Part shown: in pieces, positions 24,301 through 30,585 of the stretch
How the letters are laid out: the number at the start of each line of letters is the position of its first letter
Position numbering within the stretch: position 1 is the stretch's first letter
NCBI GenBank assembly: GCA_043228905.1
Contig: JBHGNT010000372.1
Span: 1-30,585, forward strand
From: Azolla caroliniana
Taxonomy: Eukaryota; Plantae; Polypodiophyta
Reading direction: 5' to 3'
DNA length: 30,585 nt
The notes under the pieces: generated by a model
Seen by the model: the letters and a program-made list of their open reading frames with translations, nothing else
What the model was told of the DNA's origin: nothing
Databases searched by the model: none
Position numbers and translations under genes: made by a program

Positions 24301-27300
24301 AGAGACATGAAGAAATTAGCAAATTTGAGGAGGGACTTGAGAAGAGCGCGTGAGCAAATTAAAATGTTCATACCTGGGTCGTGGTATATCGGATTTTTGT
24401 GTTCAAACATGCGTATCGAAGCTAACAACGCTAGCTATGATCTAGAATTAAAAAATCAAGATTTTGAAAGTCAGGGCGAGAGACATGAAGAAATTAGCAA
24501 ATTTGAGGAGGGACTTGAGAAGAGCGCGTGAGTCAATTAAAATGTTCATACCTGGGTCGTGTGCTATCGGATTTTTGTGTTCAAACATGCGTATCGAAGC
24601 TAACAACGCTAGCTATGATATAGATTTAAAAAATCGAGATTCTGAAACTCAGGTCCAGAGACATGAAGAAATTAGCAAATTTGAGGAGAGACTTGAGAAG
24701 AGCGCGTGAGTCAATTAAAATGTTCATACCTGACTCGTGTGATATCGGATTTTTGTGTTCAAACATGCGTATCGAAGCTAACAACGCTAGTTATGATCTA
24801 GAATTAAAAAATCAAGATTTTGAAAGTCAGGCCGAGAGACATGAAGAAATTAGCAAATTTGAGGAGGCACTTTAGAAGAGCTCGTGACTAAATTAAAATG
24901 TTCATACCTGGGTCGTGTGATATCGGATTTCTGTGTTCAAACATGCGTATCGAAGCTAACAACGCTAGCTATGATATCGAATTAAAAAATCAAGAATTTG
25001 AAACTCAGGTCGAGAGACATGAAGAAATTAACCAATTTGAGAAGGGACTTGAGAAGAGCGCGTGAGCAAATTAAAATGTTCATACCTGGTTTGTGTGATA
25101 TCGGATTTTTGTGTTCAAACATGCGTATCGAAGCTAATAACGCTAGCTATGATATAGAATTAAAAAATCAAGATTTTGAAACTCAGGCCGAGAGACATGA
25201 AGAAATTAGCCAATTTGAGGAGGGACTTTAGAAGAGCCCGTGACTAAATTAAAATGTTCATACCTGGCTCGTGTGATATCGGATTTTTGTTTTCAAACAT
25301 GCGTATCGAAGCTAACAACGCTAGCTATGATATAGAATTAAAAAATCGAGATTTTGAAACTCAGGTCGAGACACATGACGAAATTAGCAAATTTGAGGAG
25401 GGACTTGAGAAGAGCGCGTGAGTCAATTAAAATGTTCATACCTGGTTCGTGTGATATCCGATTTTTGTGTTGAAACATGCGGATCGAAGCTAACAACGCT
25501 AGCTATGATATAGAATTAAAAAATCGAGATTCTGAAACTCAGGTCGAGAGACATGAAGAAATTAGCAAATTTGAGGAGGGACTTGAGAAGAGCGCGTGAG
25601 TCAATTAAAATGTTCATACCTGACTCGTGTGATATCGGATTTTTGTGTTCAAACATGCGTATCGAAGCTAACAACGCTAGCTATGATATAGAATTAAAAA
25701 ATCGAGATTTTGAAACTCAGGTCGAGAGACATGAAGAAATTAGCAAATTTGAGGAGGGACTTGAGAAGAGCGCGTGAGTCAATTAAAATGTTCATACCTG
25801 GCTCGTGTGCTATCGGATTTTTGTGTTCAAACATGCGTATCGAAGCTAACAACGCTAGCTATGACATAGATTTAAAAAATCGAGATTCTGAAACTCAGGT
25901 CGAGAGACATGAAGAAATTAGCAAATTTGGGGAGGGACTTGAGAAGAGCGCGTGAGCAAATTAAAATGTTCATACCTGGCTCGTGTGATATCGGATTTTT
26001 GTGTTCAAACATGCGTATCGAATCTAACAACGCTAGCTATGATATAGAATTAAAAAATCGAGATTTTGAAACTCAGGTCGAGAGAAATGAAGAAATTAGC
26101 AAATTTGAGGAGGGACTTGAGAAGAGCGCGTGAGTCAATTAAAATGTTCATACCTGGCTCGTGTGATATCGGATTTTCGTGTTCAAACATGCCTATCAAA
26201 GCTAACAACACTAGCTACGATATCGAATTAAAAAATCGAGATTTTGAAACTCAGGTCGAGAGACATGAAGAAATTAGAAAATTTGAGGAGGGACTTGAGA
26301 AGAGCGCGTGAGCAAATTAAAATGTTCATACCTGGCTCGTGTGATATCGGATTTTTCTGTTCAAACATGCGTATCGAAGCTAACAACGGTAGCTATGATA
26401 TAGAATTAAAAAATCAAGATTCTGAAATTCAGGTCGAGAGACATGAAGAAATTAGCAAATTTGAGGAGGGACTTGAGAAGAGCGCGTGAGTCAATTAAAA
26501 TGTTCATACCTGGGTCGTGGTATATCGGATTTTTGTGTTCAAACATGCGTATCGAATCTAACAACGCTAGCTATGATATAGAATTAAAAAATCGAGATTT
26601 TGAAACTCAGGTCGAGAGAAATGAAGAAATTAGCAAATTTGAGGAGGGACTTGAGAAGAGCGCGTGAGTCAATTAAAATGTTCATACCTGGCTCGTGTGA
26701 TATCGGATTTTCGTGTTCAAACATGCGTATCAAAGCTAACAACACTAGCTACGATATCGAATTAAAAAATCGAGATTTTAAAACTCAGGTCGAGAGACAT
26801 GAAGAAATTAGAAAATTTGAGGAGGGACTTGAGAAGAGCGCGTGAGCAAATTAAAATGTTCATACCTGGCTCGTGTGATATCGGATTTTTGTGTTCAAAC
26901 ATGCGTATCGAAGCTAACAACGGTAGCTATGATATAGAATTAAAAAATCAAGATTCTGAAACTCAGGTCGAGAGACATGAAGAAATTAGCAAATTTGAGG
27001 AGGGACTTGAGAAGAGCGCGTGAGCAAATTAAAATGTTCATACCTGGGTCGTGGTATATCGGATTTTTGTGTTCAAACATGCGTATCGAAGCTAACAACG
27101 CTAGCTATGATCTAGAATTAAAAAATCAAGATTTTGAAAGTCAGGGCGAGAGACATGAAGAAATTAGCAAATTTGAGGAGGGACTTGAGAAGAGCGCGTG
27201 AGTCAATTAAAATGTTCATACCTGGGTCGTGTGCTATCGGATTTTTGTGTTCAAACATCCGTATCGAAGCTAACAACGCTAGCTATGATATAGATTTAAA

Positions 27301-27325
27301 AAATCGAGATTCTGAAACTCAGGTC
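21200..27325. repeat. Higher-order repeat of 15 monomers (2670 bp), about 2.3 copies; boundaries approximate
   Basis: Rare variants recur at exactly +2670: GCCTATC 23521/26191, GAAGGGAC 22371/25041, ATGACATAG 23191/25861, AGGTCCAG 21981/24651. ORF variants do the same: 21260/23930/26600, 22328/24998, 24464/27134. Confidence 0.9.
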
Positions 27326-27620
27326 GAGAGACATGAAGAAATTAGCAAATTTGGGGAGGGACTTGAGAAGAGCTCGTGACTAAATTAAAATGTTCATACC
27401 TGGGTCGTGTGATATCGGATTTTTGTGTTCAAACATGCGTATCGAAGCTAACAACGGTAGCTATGATCTAGAATTAAAAAATCGAGATTTTGAAACTCAG
27501 GTCGAGAGACATGACGAAATTAGCAAATTTGAGGAGGGACTTGAGAAGAGCGCGTGAGTCAATTAAAATGTTCATACCTGGCTCGTGTGATATCCGATTT
27601 TTGTGTTGAAACATGCGGAT

Positions 27621-27635
27621 CGAAGCGGTTTAGGG
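27621..27635 (+). other. Satellite-telomere junction (27626/27627)
   Basis: The sequence reads ...GCGGATCGAAGC|GGTTTAGGG..., whereas the satellite would continue TAACAACGC. There are no intervening bases. Confidence 0.95.
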
Positions 27636-30585
27636 TTTAGGGTTTAGGGTTTAGGGGGGTTTAGGGTTTAGGGTTTAGGGTTTAGGGTTTAGGGTTTAGG
27701 GTTTAGGGTTTAGGGTTTAGGGTTTAGGGTTTAGGGTTTAGGGTTTAGGGTTTAGGGTTTAGGGTTTAGGGTTTAGGGTTTAGGGTTTAGGGTTTAGGGT
27801 TTAGGGTTTAGGGTTTAGGGTTTAGGGTTTAGGGTTTAGGGTTTAGGGTTTAGGGTTTAGGGTTTAGGGTTTAGGGTTTAGAGGGGTTTATGGGTTTAGG
27901 GGTTTAGGGTTTAGGGTTTAGGGTTTAGGGTTTAGGGTTTAGGGTTTAGGGTTTAGGGTTTAGGGTTTAGGGTTTAGGGTTTAGGGTTTAGGGTTTAGGG
28001 TTTAGGGTTTAGGGGAGGGTTGGGTTTAGGGTTTAGGGTTTAGGGTTTAGGGTTTAGGGTTTAGGGTTTAGGGTTTAGGGTTTAGGGTTTAGGGTTTAGG
28101 GTTTAGGGTTTAGGGTTTAGGGTTTAGGGTTTAGGGTTTAGGGTTTAGGGTTTAGGGTTTAGGGTTTAGGGTTTAGGGTTTAGGGTTTAGGGTTTAGGGT
28201 TTAGGGTTTAGGGTTTAGGGTTTAGGGTTTAGGGTTTAGGGTTTAGGGTTTAGGGTTTAGGGTTTAGGGTTTAGGGTTTAGGGTTTAGGGTTTAGGGTTT
28301 AGGGTTTAGGGTTTAGGGTTTAGGGTTTAGGGTTTAGGGTTTAGGGTTTAGGGTTTAGGGTTTAGGGTTTAGGGTTTAGGGTTTAGGGTTTAGGGTTTAG
28401 GGTTTAGGGTTTAGGGTTTAGGGTTTAGGGTTTAGGGTTTAGGGTTTAGGGTTTAGGGTTTAGGGTTTAGGGTTTAGGGTTTAGGGTTTAGGGTTTAGGG
28501 TTTAGGGTTTAGGGTTTAGGGTTTAGGGTTTAGGGTTTAGGGTTTAGGGTTTAGGGTTTAGGGTTTAGGGTTTAGGGTTTAGGGTTTAGGGTTTAGGGTT
28601 TAGGGTTTAGGGTTTAGGGTTTAGGGTTTAGGGTTTAGGGTTTAGGGTTTAGGGTTTAGGGTTTAGGGTTTAGGGTTTAGGGTTTAGGGTTTAGGGTTTA
28701 GGGTTTAGGGTTTAGGGGTTTAGGGTTTAGGGTTTAGGGTTTAGGGGTTTAGGGTTTAGGGTTTAGGGTTTAGGGTTTAGGGTTTAGGGTTTAGGGTTTA
28801 GGGTTTAGGGTTTAGGGTTTAGGGTTTAGGGTTTAGGGTTTAGGGTTTAGGGTTTAGGGTTTAGGGTTTAGGGTTTAGGGTTTAGGGTTTAGGGTTTAGG
28901 GTTTAGGGTTTAGGGTTTAGGGTTTAGGGTTTAGGGTTTAGGGTTTAGGGTTTAGGGTTTAGGGTTTAGGGTTTAGGGTTTAGGGTTTAGGGTTTAGGGT
29001 TTAGGGTTTAGGGTTTAGGGTTTAGGGTTTAGGGTTTAGGGTTTAGGGTTTAGGGTTTAGGGTTTAGGGTTTAGGGTTTAGGGTTTAGGGTTTAGGGTTT
29101 AGGGTTTAGGGTTTAGGGTTTAGGGTTTAGGGTTTAGGGTTTAGGGTTTAGGGTTTAGGGTTTAGGGTTTAGGGTTTAGGGTTTAGGGTTTAGGGTTTAG
29201 GGTTTAGGGTTTAGGGTTTAGGGTTTAGGGTTTAGGGTTTAGGGTTTAGGGTTTAGGGTTTAGGGTTTAGGGTTTAGGGTTTAGGGTTTAGGGTTTAGGG
29301 TTTAGGGTTTAGGGTTTAGGGTTTAGGGTTTAGGGTTTAGGGTTTAGGGTTTAGGGTTTAGGGTTTAGGGTTTAGGGTTTAGGGTTTAGGGTTTAGGGTT
29401 TAGGGTTTAGGGTTTAGGGTTTAGGGTTTAGGGTTTAGGGTTTAGGGTTTAGGGTTTAGGGTTTAGGGTTTAGGGTTTAGGGTTTAGGGTTTAGGGTTTA
29501 GGGTTTAGGGTTTAGGGTTTAGGGTTTAGGGTTTAGGGTTTAGGGTTTAGGGTTTAGGGTTTAGGGTTTAGGGTTTAGGGTTTAGGGTTTAGGGTTTAGG
29601 GTTTAGGGTTTAGGGTTTAGGGTTTAGGGTTTAGGGTTTAGGGTTTAGGGTTTAGGGTTTAGGGTTTAGGGTTTAGGGTTTAGGGTTTAGGGTTTAGGGT
29701 TTAGGGTTTAGGGTTTAGGGTTTAGGGTTTAGGGTTTAGGGTTTAGGGTTTAGGGTTTAGGGTTTAGGGTTTAGGGTTTAGGGTTTAGGGTTTAGGGTTT
29801 AGGGTTTAGGGTTTAGGGTTTAGGGTTTAGGGTTTAGGGTTTAGGGTTTAGGGTTTAGGGTTTAGGGTTTAGGGTTTAGGGTTTAGGGTTTAGGGTTTAG
29901 GGTTTAGGGTTTAGGGTTTAGGGTTTAGGGTTTAGGGTTTAGGGTTTAGGGTTTAGGGTTTAGGGTTTAGGGTTTAGGGTTTAGGGTTTAGGGTTTAGGG
30001 TTTAGGGTTTAGGGTTTAGGGTTTAGGGTTTAGGGTTTAGGGTTTAGGGTTTAGGGTTTAGGGTTTAGGGTTTAGGGTTTAGGGTTTAGGGTTTAGGGTT
30101 TAGGGTTTAGGGTTTAGGGTTTAGGGTTTAGGGTTTAGGGTTTAGGGTTTAGGGTTTAGGGTTTAGGGTTTAGGGTTTAGGGTTTAGGGTTTAGGGTTTA
30201 GGGTTTAGGGTTTAGGGTTTAGGGTTTAGGGTTTAGGGTTTAGGGTTTAGGGTTTAGGGTTTAGGGTTTAGGGTTTAGGGTTTAGGGTTTAGGGTTTAGG
30301 GTTTAGGGTTTAGGGTTTAGGGTTTAGGGTTTAGGGTTTAGGGTTTAGGGTTTAGGGTTTAGGGTTTAGGGTTTAGGGTTTAGGGTTTAGGGTTTAGGGT
30401 TTAGGGTTTAGGGTTTAGGGTTTAGGGTTTAGGGTTTAGGTTTAGGGTTTAGGGTTTAGGGTTTAGGGTTTAGGGTTTAGGGTTTAGGGTTTAGGGTTTA
30501 GGGTTTAGGGTTTAGGGTTTAGGGTTTAGGGTTTAGGGTTTAGGGTTTAGGGTTTAGGGTTAGGGTTTAGGGTTTAGGGTTTAGG
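27627..30585 (+). repeat. Telomeric repeat tract (TTTAGGG)n, Arabidopsis-type, 2959 bp, about 420 units
   Basis: Near-perfect TTTAGGG heptamers run to the last base. The G-rich strand is 5'->3' towards the window end, as expected for a right-hand chromosome terminus. TTTAGGG is the established telomere motif of most land plants. Confidence 0.99.

Larger units (their letters stand above)
1..27626. repeat. 178-bp tandem satellite array (subtelomeric, or possibly centromeric on a telocentric chromosome); 155 full monomers plus an 81-bp partial monomer; open at the left edge of the window
   Basis: Consensus read by eye: AAGAGCGCGTGAG(CA/TC)AATTAAAATGTTCATACCTGGCTCGTGTGATATCGGATTTTTGTGTTCAAACATGCGTATCGAAGCTAACAACGCTAGCTATGATATAGAATTAAAAAATC(G/A)AGATTTTGAAACTCAGGTCGAGAGACATGAAGAAATTAGCAAATTTGAGGAGGGACTTGAG. 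It recurs every 178 bp, as do ORF starts (479, 657; 1900, 2078). The last monomer starts at 27546 = 1 + 155x178 - 45, which matches the five indels seen (-3, +1, -18, -26, +1). All monomers are in one orientation. Confidence 0.99.

Noticed and set aside
123-27379. More than 100 near-identical 66-81 aa ORFs (MKLRSRDMKKLANL…) that look like a tandem gene family
   Set aside because: They are a by-product of the 178-bp period, which is not a multiple of 3. Each ORF spans more than one monomer and overlaps the next in another frame. Many start at TTG and many copies are broken by stops. I recognise no domain or gene structure.
1-27626. CRISPR array or other repeat-spacer system
   Set aside because: The entire 178-bp unit is repeated, there are no unique spacers or cas genes, and the context is a eukaryotic telomere.
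1-27626. Arabidopsis CEN180/CEN178, Brassica CentBr or maize knob 180 identity
   Set aside because: Only the length is similar. The sequence does not resemble those consensuses as I recall them (e.g. no HindIII AAGCTT in the consensus). A BLAST search is needed for any assignment.
1-27626. 5S rDNA, tRNA or snRNA tandem array
   Set aside because: No recognisable 5S sequence, cloverleaf or gene-plus-spacer organisation.
30430-30585. TTTAGG and TTAGGG units suggesting a mixed or vertebrate-type telomere
   Set aside because: These are two isolated single-base deletions near the sequence end, where coverage is usually lowest. They are probably errors or sporadic slippage.
27627-30585. Interstitial telomeric repeat, or 2.96 kb as the true telomere length
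   Set aside because: Purity, orientation and extension to the last base favour a real terminus, although the window cannot prove it. The assembled length need not equal the in vivo length.

Overview
This window is the right-hand end of a eukaryotic chromosome arm and contains no genes. Bases 1-27626 are an uninterrupted head-to-tail array of a 178-bp satellite: 155 complete monomers plus a final monomer truncated at its base 81. The monomer is about 38% GC and the whole array has only five indels. Bases 27627-30585 are about 2.96 kb (about 420 units) of Arabidopsis-type telomeric repeat (TTTAGGG)n, with the G-rich strand running towards the end. The telomere is joined directly onto the truncated monomer with no spacer, which looks like de novo telomere addition inside the satellite. 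Shared variants reveal higher-order structure: a 15-monomer (2670 bp) repeat next to the telomere, a 14-mer made of 6+8 units, and dispersed block duplications. All ORFs in the track are artefacts of the repeat. A land plant is the most likely source, but TTTAGGG also occurs in some algae, oomycetes and apicomplexans. I do not recognise the satellite family, and it does not look like Arabidopsis CEN180 despite the equal length. I see no support for a novel protein-coding system; the interest is in chromosome-end architecture and satellite evolution.
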